DNA of 64,000 bases from Planctomycetota bacterium (lineage in GTDB: Bacteria; Planctomycetota; UBA8108; SXIK01): contig OZ244999.1 in NCBI GenBank assembly GCA_965223265.1, forward strand, positions 4,064,001 through 4,128,000, given 5' to 3'. Positions 1 through 11,029 of the stretch are shown one piece after another. Position 1 is the first letter of the stretch, and the number at the start of each line of letters is the position of its first letter. The translations under genes and the position numbers were made by a program. Under the pieces are notes generated by a model. It was given only the letters and a program-made list of their open reading frames with translations. It had not been told where the DNA came from and searched no databases.

Positions 1-110
1 GGTCTTCGCCGGCCTGAGCTCGAATCACGTCTGAGAGCCGTAACGCCGCGCCCTGGTGACGAATGCCAAAGCAAATGAACTCTTCGATTCGATGTGGACA
101 GATAGAAGAC

Positions 111-965
111 ATGAGTGACACCCCAGACCTCTTCGGAAGGATCGCCGCAGCAGCTATCGCGATTCGCTCCCGATCGTCGATCAAACCGCGCTTCGGGCTA
201 ACGCTCGGCACGGGCCTGGGCGGCCTCGCCGAACAAATCGAAGTCGAGTCGCGAATCGATTACGCAGAGATCCCATGGTTTCCAGAGCCGCGAGTAACCT
301 CGCACTCAGGAAGCCTCCTCCTCGGCCACCTCGGTGGCAAGCCGATCGCCGCTTTGGAAGGCCGCTACCACCTCTACGAAGGCTACAACCTCGAGGAGCT
401 GACGCTCCCGGTTCGCGTCCTCAAGGCGCTTGGCGTCGAAGTCGCGATCTTCTCGAATGCCGCAGGCGGCCTCAACCCGCAATTCGACATCGGCGACCTC
501 GTCGTCATTACCGACCACATCAACTTGATGTTTGCCAACCCTCTTGTTGGCCCCAACGACGAGCGTCTTGGCCCACGCTTCCCCGACATGTCGGCGCCAT
601 ATTCGGTAAGCCTCAACGCCCGCATGGAAGCTGTCGCGCAGCGGCAGGGCCTGCCGCTGCGACGCGGCGTCTACGCTGCGATGACGGGACCGTGCCTCGA
701 AACCCGAGCGGAGTATCGTATGTTGAAGTTGATCGGTGCGGACCTCATCGGGATGTCGACCGTCCCGGAAGTGATCGTCGGGGTTCATGCCGGGCTGACG
801 AACGTCGGAATCTCGTGCGTCACCGACCTGTGCTTACCCGATGCGCTCGAGCCGGTGAAGGTCGAAGAAATCATCCGGGTAGCCGGTGAAGCGGAACCGA
901 AGATGACCGCCCTTGTGAAAGGCTTCATCGAATCGTTTGACGATGGAACTGTGAAAACGCCATAG
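111..965 (+). CDS. punA: Purine nucleoside phosphorylase (trimeric PNP/XapA type)
   Basis: Motifs GTGLGG, GRYHLYEG, NAAGG, DHIN, GPCLETRAE, GMSTVPE. Start placed at ATG 111 within ORF 63..965. Confidence 0.92.
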   Translation: MSDTPDLFGRIAAAAIAIRSRSSIKPRFGLTLGTGLGGLAEQIEVESRIDYAEIPWFPEPRVTSHSGSLLLGHLGGKPIAALEGRYHLYEGYNLEELTLPVRVLKALGVEVAIFSNAAGGLNPQFDIGDLVVITDHINLMFANPLVGPNDERLGPRFPDMSAPYSVSLNARMEAVAQRQGLPLRRGVYAAMTGPCLETRAEYRMLKLIGADLIGMSTVPEVIVGVHAGLTNVGISCVTDLCLPDALEPVKVEEIIRVAGEAEPKMTALVKGFIESFDDGTVKTP

Positions 966-1186
966 CGAATCTTGCGACGACCTTCTCGACAGGGCCCGTA
1001 ATGTCGACGAAGATGCGCTTCCGCACGGGCCCAGGCGTGCCCCCCTGTTGCCGGACGCGCCGCGAGCCGACGTAGAATTGAAGAGGAACTCACCGTCGAC
1101 GTGCGACGAGCACCCAAAGGTGCGCCCATATTGAGTCGGCGGCAGCCTACAATCATGGAATTCGACGGCCTGGACGAAAGGAGATT

Positions 1187-1843
1187 GTGATGGGAAGAGC
1201 GAGAAACCGAGAAGAGTTACCGGCTGAGCTGCAGCGCTGCGTCCAACGTCTCGACGACGACGACGATGACGAGTGTGAATCGAAGTCGCCCGGACGCGAG
1301 TCGCGCATCGCGCTCGACTTGCTGCGCAAGGAACGGACTGTGCTGATCAGCGAGCCCGTGTCTCCGAAGCTCACCGAACGTCTGACGTCTCAGCTCCTCT
1401 GGCTCGACTCGCAGAGCGAGGACCCGATCAAGCTCTACATCAACACGCCGGGAGGTTCCGCTGACGACGGTTTCGCGATCCACGACATGCTCGGGTTCAT
1501 CAAGGCGCCGATCTACAACATTTGCTTCGGCCTCAACGCCAGTGCGGGAATCTTGATCCTACTCGGCGTGCCCGTGGAGCGGCGACTTGCGCTGACCAAC
1601 GCGCGCCTGATGATGCACCAACCGTCCGGTGGCGGCCGCGGACAGGTCACCGATATCGAGATCACCGCCCGAGAAATCGTCAAGCTGCGAGAACGCGCCA
1701 ACGAGCTGATTGCCAGAGAAACGGGCAAAGCAGCGGAGGCGGTGGCGAACGCAACGGATCGCGACTGCTGGTTGAGCGCTGAGGAAGCACGCGAGTATGG
1801 CCTAGTTTCTCGGATTATCTCGAATCTTCGGGAAATCATGTAA
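1187..1843 (+). CDS. clpP: ATP-dependent Clp protease proteolytic subunit
   Basis: LYINTPGGS, catalytic Ser in NASAG, MMHQP His, DRD Asp, AEEAREYGLV. AAGGAG RBS just upstream. Confidence 0.92.
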   Translation: MMGRARNREELPAELQRCVQRLDDDDDDECESKSPGRESRIALDLLRKERTVLISEPVSPKLTERLTSQLLWLDSQSEDPIKLYINTPGGSADDGFAIHDMLGFIKAPIYNICFGLNASAGILILLGVPVERRLALTNARLMMHQPSGGGRGQVTDIEITAREIVKLRERANELIARETGKAAEAVANATDRDCWLSAEEAREYGLVSRIISNLREIM

Positions 1844-1849
1844 CCTGTG

Positions 1850-2518
1850 ATGAAGTTCGTGGAAGAACGCATCTGCCGCTTGGGAATCCTTTTCTCCGGC
1901 GGCGGACGCACCCTCGAAAACCTCGCGCGCGAGTTGCCAAGGCTGTCTGAGGTGACGGGCGTGCGCGTTGAGATCGTTGCGGCGATCTCCAGCCACACGG
2001 ATGCCGGTGGCATCGAGCGAGCCCGCCGCCTCGGTATTGCATGCGAAGTCATCGACTACCGCGAAGCAGGGAGCGAGCTTTCCGCCCGCATTTTGAGGAT
2101 CCTCGACGAGCGCGGCGTCGACCTGGTGCTACTCGCCGGTTTCATCCGTCGTTTCGACTTTCCGCCGCGTTACCGCGGGAAGGTGCTCAACATCCACCCG
2201 TCTCTTTTGCCCTCATTTGGCGGCAAGGGGTTCTATGGCAAACGGGTCCACGAGGCAGTTCTCAACGCCGGTGCCCGTTTCTCCGGCTGCACCGTCCACG
2301 TGGTCACCGATGAGTACGATGAGGGGCCGGTCGTGCTACAGCGCGTGGTGCCGGTGCGCGACGATGACGACGCGGACTCACTCGCCGAGCGTGTCTTTCA
2401 GGAGGAGTGCGCCGCCTATCCCGAGGCGCTACGCCTCTTTCTAGAGGGACGCGTTGAAATCGTCGACCGTTTCGCTCGTCTCACCGCGCCACACGACAAG
2501 GCCGAACCGCTCTGTTAG
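1850..2518 (+). CDS. purN: Phosphoribosylglycinamide formyltransferase
   Basis: SGGGRTL, LAGF, NIHPSLLP, GCTVHVV, YDEGPVV motifs. Confidence 0.93.
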   Translation: MKFVEERICRLGILFSGGGRTLENLARELPRLSEVTGVRVEIVAAISSHTDAGGIERARRLGIACEVIDYREAGSELSARILRILDERGVDLVLLAGFIRRFDFPPRYRGKVLNIHPSLLPSFGGKGFYGKRVHEAVLNAGARFSGCTVHVVTDEYDEGPVVLQRVVPVRDDDDADSLAERVFQEECAAYPEALRLFLEGRVEIVDRFARLTAPHDKAEPLC

Positions 2519-2544
2519 TGAGTGGACGCGGGGAACACACGCGA

Positions 2545-3852
2545 CTAGTTCGCCAGCTGAGCTCCCTCTGTCTCGCCACCAGTGAGCTCGCCCCACCACT
2601 TCCTCCACGCTTCGACGGAATCGAACTCATACCCCGTCGCTTGTCGCAAAAACGAATGGGCAAGTTTCGCTTGGGCGGGCTCCAGGGTGTCCAGCTGCAG
2701 CACCAATGTCTCGACGAGCTTGCCGTTGTAGCGGTCGTCATACTCACCCGCCCACACAGCGAGTTGACCACCGACGAAAAACGACTCGGCCTTGTCGAGC
2801 AAAATCGCGACGGAAAGTTTCTCGAGTGGACGCCCGCAAAGCTTCGACTGACCCGGCGGAACAACCCAGAATTCCGTGTCTGGTAACTTGATCGCAACGT
2901 TTTCGTTGGGATCCCCAGCGGTCCAGCGAGTTGGCCGAAAACGGCCAGCGATCTTGACGCGTGCGACCACGCCGGCAAGCGGTAATGGTTCGTCCAGAGG
3001 TAACGGAATCCGGGTCTCCCAAGACTTGCCAGGTCCAAGCAAGATGGTGTCCTGGTTGCCGTCAACCTTCACCCGCAGGCGTCTCGTGGAGTGCTTCCAG
3101 CTGCCGTCGGCAAAGTGTCGTTGGATGCTGACGTCCGCTTCGCCAATGACGCCTCGTTCGAGGTGAATCAAAACACGACCGCGTTGACGGTTCACGAGAC
3201 GAAACGTCAAGTCGGGAAGTCGGCCGATTTCATACACTTGACTTGCCACTTGAAAACTGGGCTCGATCAACTCCGCGGCGACGAGCCGCTCGCGGCAGTG
3301 ACGCACGAAACGGCGCATTGCCCACGAATCAGCGTTGGTGTCATCGAGGGTGAGAATGGCCTGAGATAGCCTCAGCGCACGTCGATAGTGCCCCTCTCCC
3401 GCCAATGCTTTGGCCTCGACGAACCGCGACTTGAGGTAGTCTCTCACAGCGATCGCCACCCGAACATCCGCGGCGGTGCGCCCTTCCATTTCTGCGATGA
3501 GCTCGTCGACTAGTTCGGCCCGTCCGCGAGATGCAGCCGCCCAATATTTCAGCTCGGGAATCACCGCCGCGCCAAGCAATCTGAGCGTCTTCTCGCCGCG
3601 CCGCCGGAGCGCCTCGTTCGCTGACAGGAGCTCCTGTATCGCCGAGACGGTGCGCGGCTTTGGCTTCGTCAACAGCTCGTCGGCATCGTTCACACGGTTG
3701 GTCCGCGGATCTCCAAGCGCAGACAACGCCCGTTCGGCCCGATCCGATACCGGCGGCTCACCGTCAGTCGGTTCGTCTTGACTGTATCCAGCACTTGCGT
3801 GCAGGAACAGGCCGCTGAGTAGCATGGACAGAAGGCGCGTCGCAGGATTCAC
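2545..3852 (-). CDS. Secreted hypothetical protein (HEAT-like helical segments, C-terminal WRKWW)
   Basis: 435-aa ORF filling the gap. N-terminal signal-peptide-like segment ending ASA/GYS. No family recognised. Confidence 0.7.
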   Translation of the reverse strand: MNPATRLLSMLLSGLFLHASAGYSQDEPTDGEPPVSDRAERALSALGDPRTNRVNDADELLTKPKPRTVSAIQELLSANEALRRRGEKTLRLLGAAVIPELKYWAAASRGRAELVDELIAEMEGRTAADVRVAIAVRDYLKSRFVEAKALAGEGHYRRALRLSQAILTLDDTNADSWAMRRFVRHCRERLVAAELIEPSFQVASQVYEIGRLPDLTFRLVNRQRGRVLIHLERGVIGEADVSIQRHFADGSWKHSTRRLRVKVDGNQDTILLGPGKSWETRIPLPLDEPLPLAGVVARVKIAGRFRPTRWTAGDPNENVAIKLPDTEFWVVPPGQSKLCGRPLEKLSVAILLDKAESFFVGGQLAVWAGEYDDRYNGKLVETLVLQLDTLEPAQAKLAHSFLRQATGYEFDSVEAWRKWWGELTGGETEGAQLAN

Positions 3853-3985
3853 GGCAGCAGATCGGAGTGGCGTAGGATGCAGGACAGATTTTCCGTTGTA
3901 GTCTGGATTATTCTACCCCAATAACGTCGACGTGGCCGAACGCAGGCGACGGAATTCCTCCTCCAACGAAGTGCGAAGAGGCGAT

Positions 3986-4031
3986 AAAAAAACCGCGGCT
4001 GCTGCGCCCTCATTGGACGCACCAGCCGCAG
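3986..4031 (-). terminator. Probable intrinsic terminator after rpsA
   Basis: Imperfect GC-rich stem (gcggctgctgcg / cgcaccagccgc) next to an A7 run (U-tract on minus strand), ~30 nt past the rpsA stop. Confidence 0.6.
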
Positions 4032-4061
4032 CTCTGTGGCCGAACAGCTGTCTTCGGCAGG

Positions 4062-5939
4062 TCAACCTTCCAGCTTAGGCTCGCCCTCGTCACCCTGTGC
4101 GACGGCTTCCACGCTCGAAGCGGTCTCGGAGTCCGTTGAGTCGGGCTCCGTCCCTTCAGAGTCTCCTGTAGCAGGCTCGGCACCACCGGCGGAAGGAGTA
4201 CTGTCGCCAGCCGACGCAGTCTCCTCAGCTGCGGCGTCATCGACGGAGGCGGCCGGTTCCTCTTCCGCCCTCTCCGGCACGCCACGATCGTCTTCGTCGA
4301 CGTCCTTCAAGCTGAGCCCGATCTTTCGCTGGTCCGGATCGACCTTGATGATCTTCACGACGACCGGATCGTTCACCTTGACGATCTCCTCTGGTGTCGC
4401 GACTTTGCGGTCGGCAAGCTCGGAGATGTGCAGCAATCCTTCGAGGTCGTCCTCCAGTTTGACGAACACACCGAAGTTCGTGATCTTCGTCACTTCTCCG
4501 GACACGACCTTACCGACGCTGTAGCTGGCCGGGATCGTCGACACCCACGGGTCTTCCTCGAGCTGTTTGATGCCAAGCGCGATCCGCTTGCGGTCTTGGT
4601 CGACCTGAAGCACCATGGCGCGAAGCGACTCACCTTTCTTGACGACTTCGCTGGGATGAATCACCTTTCGCGTCCACGACATGTCAGCGACGTGCAGCAA
4701 GCCATCGATGCCGTCTTCGATTTCGACGAAAGCGCCGTAGTTCGTCAGATTCCGAACCTTGCCTTCGATGATCGTACCGATCGGGTACTTCCCCTCAACC
4801 TGGGTCCAGGGGTTGACCTCGACCTGCTTCATGCCAAGCGAGATCTCCTGCTTCTCCTTCTTGATTTCGAGTACGACGACCTCGATTTCGTCACCAACGG
4901 AGACGACTTGGCTCGGGTGGCTGATGCGTTTCGTCCACGACATCTCGGAAATATGAACGAGACCCTCGACGCCCTCCTCGAGCTGAACAAACGCTCCATA
5001 GGACAAGACGTTGACGACGGCCCCCTTGACCTTGGAGCCCACCGGGTATTTCGTTTCGATGTTCGTCCACGGACTCTCCTGCTTCTGCTTGAGCCCGAGG
5101 GAAATCCGTTCCTTCTCCTTGTCGACTTTCAAGACCTTGATTTCGATCTCTTGATCGATCTTAAGGATTTCGGACGGGTGGTTAACGCGCCCCCAACTCA
5201 TGTCGGTGATGTGAAGCAGCCCGTCGATTCCGCCGAGGTCGACAAAGGCGCCAAAATCCGTAATGTTCTTGACGATCCCCTTGCGCACCTGCCCGATCTC
5301 GATGTCTTCGAGCAAGCGATTCTTCTGTGCCTCGCGGTGCTCCTCCAGCAGCTTGCGACGCGACACGACGATGTTCATCCGTGCTTCGTCGATCTTGATG
5401 ATCTTGCACTCAAGCTCTTGCCCGATGTACTCCTGGATGTCGCCGGTTCGACGGATACCGATCTGAGAGGCAGGCAAGAAAACTGGCACGCCAATATCGA
5501 GAAGGAGTCCGCCCTTGATCTTCCGCGTTACGCGGCCGGTCACGACGTCACCTTCGTGATACGTATTGATGACGTGTTCCCAACCGCGAATTCGGTCGGC
5601 CTTGCGCTTCGACAGCGCGATCATCCCATTTTCGTCTTCGTCGACGGACTCCAGCAGTACCTCGACGTCGTCGCCGATCGATACTTGAGTCGGATCGTCG
5701 AATTCGCTGCGCGAAACAGCGCCCTCGGATTTGTACCCGATGTCGACGATGACGTCGCTACTCATGACGTTGACGACGCGACCGGTGATGATCTTGTCGG
5801 TATCGAACTCCTTGACCGAGTCGTTGTAGAGCTCGAGTACTGAATCATCCGTGCGGCCACCGAGAGCCTGCTCCAGCTCCTGGGCCACGGTTTCTTCGTC
5901 TACGTCCAAAAACTGCTTAACGATAGGATTTGTCGCCAT
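4062..5939 (-). CDS. rpsA: 30S ribosomal protein S1 with acidic C-terminal tail
   Basis: Six S1 repeats (e.g. DFGAFVDLGGIDGLLHITDMSW, YGAFVQLEEGVEGLVHISEMSW). Lies downstream of cmk. Confidence 0.97.
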   Translation of the reverse strand: MATNPIVKQFLDVDEETVAQELEQALGGRTDDSVLELYNDSVKEFDTDKIITGRVVNVMSSDVIVDIGYKSEGAVSRSEFDDPTQVSIGDDVEVLLESVDEDENGMIALSKRKADRIRGWEHVINTYHEGDVVTGRVTRKIKGGLLLDIGVPVFLPASQIGIRRTGDIQEYIGQELECKIIKIDEARMNIVVSRRKLLEEHREAQKNRLLEDIEIGQVRKGIVKNITDFGAFVDLGGIDGLLHITDMSWGRVNHPSEILKIDQEIEIKVLKVDKEKERISLGLKQKQESPWTNIETKYPVGSKVKGAVVNVLSYGAFVQLEEGVEGLVHISEMSWTKRISHPSQVVSVGDEIEVVVLEIKKEKQEISLGMKQVEVNPWTQVEGKYPIGTIIEGKVRNLTNYGAFVEIEDGIDGLLHVADMSWTRKVIHPSEVVKKGESLRAMVLQVDQDRKRIALGIKQLEEDPWVSTIPASYSVGKVVSGEVTKITNFGVFVKLEDDLEGLLHISELADRKVATPEEIVKVNDPVVVKIIKVDPDQRKIGLSLKDVDEDDRGVPERAEEEPAASVDDAAAEETASAGDSTPSAGGAEPATGDSEGTEPDSTDSETASSVEAVAQGDEGEPKLEG

Positions 5940-5957
5940 GTTCGAAACTAGTGCCTT

Positions 5958-6758
5958 TCAGGCGCGATCTTGGACCGCGCCATCCCGATAGCTTGGTGCT
6001 TGAGACCAAGGTTGATGGGTTGTGGGTTCAGTGAGGGAAACTGGCTCCCTCGGTCCATGTCCAGCCTCGAGAAGGTCCGGCGCTCCCGCCTCGTGAGCGA
6101 GGGTGCGGTAAGCGTCGGATAACCGTGCGAGGAAAGACGCCGAAGATTCTGTCTTGTCTAACATGATCGGATGTCCCACGTAAACTCGAATAGCCCCAAA
6201 ACGTGGGAATCGTTGCTGTCGTGGCCAAGCCTCAAACGCCCCGACGATTAAGACCGGGACGACAGGATGACCGGACCGTTTGGCGAGAAAATGCACGCCC
6301 TTCTCGAGCGGGCGGATCTTGCCGTCCTCCGTCCGCGTACCTTCCGGAAAAAACACTAGAAGACGGTCGTGCTTGACGACGCTCACCCCTTTGCGCAGTG
6401 CCGTTCGTGCTGCTGCCCCGCCGCGCCCCACTGGTATGACGCTCAGTCGAGGTAACAGCGACGAGAGGGGCCACGAGGCGAAAAGGCTCTCGCGTGCGAA
6501 AAAACAGAGGGGGCGACGGGTCACCGTCCCGAGCAGCAGCGGGTCGATAAAACTCTGATGGTTGGCCGCCAAGACCGCGCCGCTGCGCCGCGGTAGCCGG
6601 TCATGATGGTAGATTTTCGGACGAAACCAAAACCGGTTCAGCGCGCCGCTCACGATTTTGACGATTCCGTAGACGCTCCACCACGTGATGTGAGCTTCCG
6701 GCGTCGGCGCCCAGCCGTCGGTGTTGGCACCCCTCTTGTCCGTCTGATTCGAATGCAT
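5958..6758 (-). CDS. plsC: 1-acyl-sn-glycerol-3-phosphate acyltransferase family protein
   Basis: NHQSFID (HX4D) and FPEGTR motifs. Conserved cmk-plsC-rpsA order. Start uncertain (6758 or 6806). Confidence 0.85.
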   Translation of the reverse strand: MHSNQTDKRGANTDGWAPTPEAHITWWSVYGIVKIVSGALNRFWFRPKIYHHDRLPRRSGAVLAANHQSFIDPLLLGTVTRRPLCFFARESLFASWPLSSLLPRLSVIPVGRGGAAARTALRKGVSVVKHDRLLVFFPEGTRTEDGKIRPLEKGVHFLAKRSGHPVVPVLIVGAFEAWPRQQRFPRFGAIRVYVGHPIMLDKTESSASFLARLSDAYRTLAHEAGAPDLLEAGHGPREPVSLTEPTTHQPWSQAPSYRDGAVQDRA

Positions 6759-6818
6759 GGCTGACGGCGCAGCGAACCTCCGTCGAGCCGCTCGACGCGG
6801 CGACACAATGCTCGCTTG

Positions 6819-7490
6819 TTATCCCTCCTCAACAAGTTCGCCGCTGACGTGGCGGCGCAGCAAGTCGACGACGGCGTCGATTTCGAGACCGTCAGTGACA
6901 ACACGAATGCCCCCTGCCGGCGTGCACAAAGGTGCGTGCTCACGATTGCGATCATGTGCGTCGCGCACTTGCAGCTCCTCGAGCACGGTTTCGTAGCTCT
7001 CCGTGTGGCCAGCGCTTTGCAAATCTGCGTACGTTCGACGTGCGCGCTCGTCCGCAGAGGCGTCGAGATAGAATTTCACATCGGCGTCAGGAAAAATCAC
7101 GGTCCCCATGTCTCTTCCTTCGGCAACGACACCAGGCGCCGAAGCGAATCGCCGCTGCTGGTCGACCAAAAGCGCGCGATACTCGCCATCATTGGCTATC
7201 CGATACACCTCCGGTGTGACGTCCGGCGCCTTGAGGCGAGCGGTCACGTCTCGGGAATCGATCCAAACGCGGGTGCCTGCCGCCGTCTCTTCGAAACGCA
7301 CGCTGAGGTTGCGAATGATCTCAGAGACCAAAGTTCGGTCGTCGAACTTGCCGCCGGCCTCCAACACCAGTAGCGTCACGGCGCGGTAAAGGAATCCGGA
7401 ATTGAGATAACGAAGCCCCAGCTCCCGCGCCAGGCGCCGTGCAACAGTGCTCTTGCCGGCGCCCCCAGGGCCGTCAATCGTGATAATCAT
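6819..7490 (-). CDS. cmk: Cytidylate kinase
   Basis: IDGPGGAGKST P-loop, SGFLYRA, EGRDMGTVIFPDA, RDAHD motifs. Confidence 0.95.
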   Translation of the reverse strand: MIITIDGPGGAGKSTVARRLARELGLRYLNSGFLYRAVTLLVLEAGGKFDDRTLVSEIIRNLSVRFEETAAGTRVWIDSRDVTARLKAPDVTPEVYRIANDGEYRALLVDQQRRFASAPGVVAEGRDMGTVIFPDADVKFYLDASADERARRTYADLQSAGHTESYETVLEELQVRDAHDRNREHAPLCTPAGGIRVVTDGLEIDAVVDLLRRHVSGELVEEG

Positions 7491-7734
7491 ACTCGCTCGA
7501 AGTCGGATGGCCTGCGTGCCCCGGCGGCCGTCCTGCAGACGGTTCGGCCGTCACAGTGCGGAACGCGATGGAGAAAACCACGAAGTGTACCTTTGTCAGA
7601 AAGCCGCGCTCAAGAAAAAACCAAACACTTCCCTTGCTTCGCAAGCCACGTCGCCGCGGCGCTCTGCGAGCAGATAGCGCGGAAACGCCTCGAGCGAGAA
7701 CCGGTCGCGTCGCGTCCAGATCCGCCCCGGACGA

Positions 7735-7761
7735 GGTCTCCTGGGGTCTCCTGGGGTCTCC
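7735..7761. repeat. Short tandem repeat (GGTCTCCTGG) x2.7
   Basis: ggtctcctgg ggtctcctgg ggtctcc read directly, upstream of cmk. Confidence 0.75.
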
Positions 7762-7823
7762 GTGCCTTCGCGGCAAGTCCCTTCCACACGCCGGCGGAAA
7801 AACGGCCAAGCTCGGGGCTAACC

Positions 7824-8007
7824 TAACAGCCCGTTGAAAAAGTGCTTCGAGCTGAAAACTGGCCGCTTCGCGTCCAGATCGGCCGCGGCGAACGCAGGTA
7901 ATCTCCGAGCCCTCTTCTATAAGATATACACGGCGAGGCTCGCCGCGGCTGATCTGGGCGTGAAGAGGCCGGTTTCTCAGCCGAATGACTTTTTCAACGG
8001 GCTGCTA
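7824..8007 (+). mobile_element. MITE-like foldback element, copy 1
   Basis: Terminal inverted repeats taacagcccgttgaaaaag ... ctttttcaacgggctgcta. Near-identical to copies at 10849 and 12747. No transposase encoded. Confidence 0.85.
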
Positions 8008-9024
8008 ACGCCGCAGCCGCGCCTCGTCGTCGCTGTCGCTCGTGAGCCGCCCGACGCTCTCAAGGGGCACCCACCGCGCCTCTGCGGCGGCACCCGCCCC
8101 CTCCGCTACATCCAACGATCGGTTCAAGCTACCGGAGCGAAAGCCTTCAAGGTCGAGAGCGACGAAATCAAATCCAATCGAGCGCAGGACGGCCACCACC
8201 TCCTGACGCTGGGAAAGGAGACGCTCAAGCTCTGATAGGGGGACCTCGATGCGCGCCACCTCGCCGTGGTGCCGCAGGCGAACGACGCGGAATCCCAATC
8301 GGCGCAGCTCGGCCTCGCCGGATTCGACCTGGCGCAGCTTCGTCGCCGTCACCTCGTTGCCGTACGGAATGCGGGAGGAGAGGCACGGGGCCGCCGGTTT
8401 ATCCCACGTCGGTAGGTCGAGGAGACGAGAGTAGTGGCGTACGGCGTCCTTCCCGAGTCCGGCCTCGATCAACGGGCTGAGGACACGGTGCATGTCACGG
8501 GCCCGCATCCCCGGTCGGTAGTCGCCCTGATCGTCAGCGTTCGAGCCGTCGAGCACGTGCTCAATTGCGTGCGTGGCAGCGAAACGACGGGCGCGCTGAA
8601 AGAGCTCGTCTTTACAGTGAAAACAGCGATTCTCGTCATTGCGGCGGTAAGCTTCACTTTCGTACTCATGCGTCTCGATGCGATGGAGACGCACACCGAG
8701 GCGTTCGGCGACTTTCTGGGCCGACTCGAATTCGTTGCGGTCGAGGCTCTCGGAAACCCCGATCACTCCCATGCAGCCTGCCCCCAAAAGGTCGGACGCC
8801 ACCTTGAGGAGAAATGTGCTGTCGACACCGCCAGAATAGGCGACCACGACACGCCGAAGCTCAAGCAAGCGCGCCACCAAGCGTCGGAAGGTGTGGCCGC
8901 GAAAAGCCTCGTCCTGGTAGCCCGCAGACGCTAGCGCCCGGTCGACCGCCGGCGAGTCAGGTTTGATCGCAGCCCCAGTGTTGCGCGAGCTCCGGTTTTC
9001 CGTCAACGAGTGAGTCCTCGTCAT
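8005..9024 (-). CDS. larE: ATP-dependent sacrificial sulfur transferase LarE (PP-loop)
   Basis: AYSGGVDS PP-loop, RCFHCK, DGSNADD, DYRPG, SPL, WDKPAAPCLSSRIPYG, RLRHHG, FRSGSLN. Start uncertain. Confidence 0.88.
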   Translation of the reverse strand: MTRTHSLTENRSSRNTGAAIKPDSPAVDRALASAGYQDEAFRGHTFRRLVARLLELRRVVVAYSGGVDSTFLLKVASDLLGAGCMGVIGVSESLDRNEFESAQKVAERLGVRLHRIETHEYESEAYRRNDENRCFHCKDELFQRARRFAATHAIEHVLDGSNADDQGDYRPGMRARDMHRVLSPLIEAGLGKDAVRHYSRLLDLPTWDKPAAPCLSSRIPYGNEVTATKLRQVESGEAELRRLGFRVVRLRHHGEVARIEVPLSELERLLSQRQEVVAVLRSIGFDFVALDLEGFRSGSLNRSLDVAEGAGAAAEARWVPLESVGRLTSDSDDEARLRR

Positions 9025-9226
9025 GCCATCGATCACGGCGCGTAGATCGGACGACCCGGCCGCAACGCACGGATCGACCCTCGACCACACCACCGCGGCG
9101 CTACAAGCCTCTCCAACACGGCCGCCTTGGTGTTCAACCAACAACTTATCACAACCAGTGCGAGGATCACAGCGCGGAACGCCGCCGCAAAGGTTTGTGA
9201 GGCAGAGGGAGCGGGTGAACAATCAC

Positions 9227-9258
9227 AAAAAAACCGGCAGGCGGGGCTGCCTGCCGGT
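9227..9258 (-). terminator. Intrinsic terminator after glnA
   Basis: Perfect 10-bp stem accggcaggc/gcctgccggt with an adjacent A-run (U-tract on minus strand). Confidence 0.8.
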
Positions 9259-9318
9259 CGTGGGTTATCCGTCCTGCCCACAGCCCCGCCCAACGGCGAA
9301 GCCGGCAGAAGCAACCGT

Positions 9319-10737
9319 TTAAATATCGTAGTAGAGCAAGAACTCGTGAGGATGTGGACGCAGGCGCACCTGATCAACTTCCTCCCGACGCTTGTAGTTG
9401 ATCCACCCAGCGATGACGTCTTCGGTGAATACGTCCCCCTTGAGCAAGAACTCATGATCCTGCTCCAGAGCGTTGAGCGCCTCCTCAAGCGATCCAGGTG
9501 TCGAGGGGACTTTGCGGTCCTCTTCCGGCGACAGGTCGTAGATGTCTTTGTCGAGAGGATCGCCGGGAAGCACCTTGTTTTGGATACCGTCGATCCCAGC
9601 CATCAGCAGGGCGGAGAAAGCCAGGTATGGATTACAGCTCGGGTCTGGGCAACGAAATTCGATCCGCTTCGCCTTCGGGCTGTCCGAGTACATCGGAATC
9701 CGCAGCGCGGCGCTTCGGTTGCGGCTCGAGTACGCCAGGCGGTTCGGAGCTTCGAAGCCGGGCACGAGTCGTCGATAGGAATTCGTGGTCGGATTCGTGA
9801 GCGCCACAAGCGCGCGCGCATGCTGGAGAATACCGCCAATGGCATAGAGCGCCGTGTCGCTCAGACCGGCGTACTTATCACCGGCGAAGAGAGGCTGCCC
9901 GCCCTTCCAAAGTGAGAAGTGCGTGTGCATGCCACTACCGTTGTCGGAGTACAGCGGCTTCGGCATGAAGCAAGCCGAGCGGCCGTGCTGCGAAGCAACA
10001 TTCTTCACGATGTACTTGTAGAGCACAAGGTGATCGGCCATGGTGACGATCGGCTGAAAACGCATGTCGATCTCACATTGCCCGCCCGTCGCCACTTCGT
10101 GGTGATGACACTCGACCGCGATGCCGCAGTCGAGCATCTTGAGCACCATCTCGTTGCGTAGGTCGCTCAAAGAATCGTTCGGGGGACAAGGAAAGTAGCC
10201 GCCCTTGTAACGCAGCTTATGAGCTAGATTGGGCTCCTCGAAGCTGCCGGTATTCCACTGTCCTTCGACCGAATCGAGATGGTAGTAGCCTTCATGGACG
10301 CTCGTGTCATAACGGACGTCGTCGAAGACGAAAAACTCCGCCTCGGGTCCAAAGAAAGCTGTGTCTGCAATGCCGGTCGACTTGACATAGGTTTCCGCCT
10401 TGCGCGCCACGTTGCGTGGATCGCGCGTGTAGTCAGCCTTGGTGATCGGGTCGCGGATATTACAGGAAAGGACCAGTGTCGGCTCCTTGATGAACGGATC
10501 AATGAACGCAGTCGACGCGTCAGGGACGATGAGCATGTCGCTTTCATTGATCCCTTGCCAGCCGCGAATACTTGAGCCGTCAAAGCCCATGCCGCTCTCG
10601 AAGACGTCGGCGTCGAGCTCGCTGATCGGATACGACGTGTGCTGCCACATGCCAGGGAAATCGATGAAGCGTAAATCGACGAACTTGACGCCTTTTTCCT
10701 TCACCATGCGTAGGACATCGTCAACGGACTTCGCCAT
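9319..10737 (-). CDS. glnA: Glutamine synthetase type I
   Basis: [53 protein letters not shown], adenylylation-site region DKDIYDL. Confidence 0.97.
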   Translation of the reverse strand: MAKSVDDVLRMVKEKGVKFVDLRFIDFPGMWQHTSYPISELDADVFESGMGFDGSSIRGWQGINESDMLIVPDASTAFIDPFIKEPTLVLSCNIRDPITKADYTRDPRNVARKAETYVKSTGIADTAFFGPEAEFFVFDDVRYDTSVHEGYYHLDSVEGQWNTGSFEEPNLAHKLRYKGGYFPCPPNDSLSDLRNEMVLKMLDCGIAVECHHHEVATGGQCEIDMRFQPIVTMADHLVLYKYIVKNVASQHGRSACFMPKPLYSDNGSGMHTHFSLWKGGQPLFAGDKYAGLSDTALYAIGGILQHARALVALTNPTTNSYRRLVPGFEAPNRLAYSSRNRSAALRIPMYSDSPKAKRIEFRCPDPSCNPYLAFSALLMAGIDGIQNKVLPGDPLDKDIYDLSPEEDRKVPSTPGSLEEALNALEQDHEFLLKGDVFTEDVIAGWINYKRREEVDQVRLRPHPHEFLLYYDI

Positions 10738-10848
10738 GAGAACTCCCGTCTCCTGTCTCTAAATGAGGTTTCCAGTCCGCACGCGCCGCGGCGGACCGTT
10801 GCCGCAAAAAAACCCCGGAATCGAACTCCGACGCTGCGACATCGAACT

Positions 10849-11029
10849 TGACAGCCTGTTGAAAAGTGCTTCGAGCCGAAAACTGGTCTCTTCGCGTCCA
10901 GATCGGCTGCGGCAAACGCAGGTAATCTCCGAGCCCTCTTCTGTAAGGTATTACGGCGAGTATTGACGCGGTCGAGCTGGGCGTGAAGAGGCCAATTTCT
11001 CGGCCGAATGACTTTTTCAACGGGCTGTT
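10849..11029 (+). mobile_element. MITE-like foldback element, copy 2
   Basis: acagcctgttgaaaag ... ctttttcaacgggctgt. Nearly the exact reverse complement of copy 4. Confidence 0.85.

Noticed and set aside
4428-5843. 471-aa plus-strand ORF
   Set aside because: Antisense shadow of rpsA caused by codon bias.
7834-8235. ORFs starting in the repeat (MKKCFE..., MKRP..., and the MKKSFG extension of fdhD at 12757)
   Set aside because: These are translations of the non-coding element. They have no transposase motifs.
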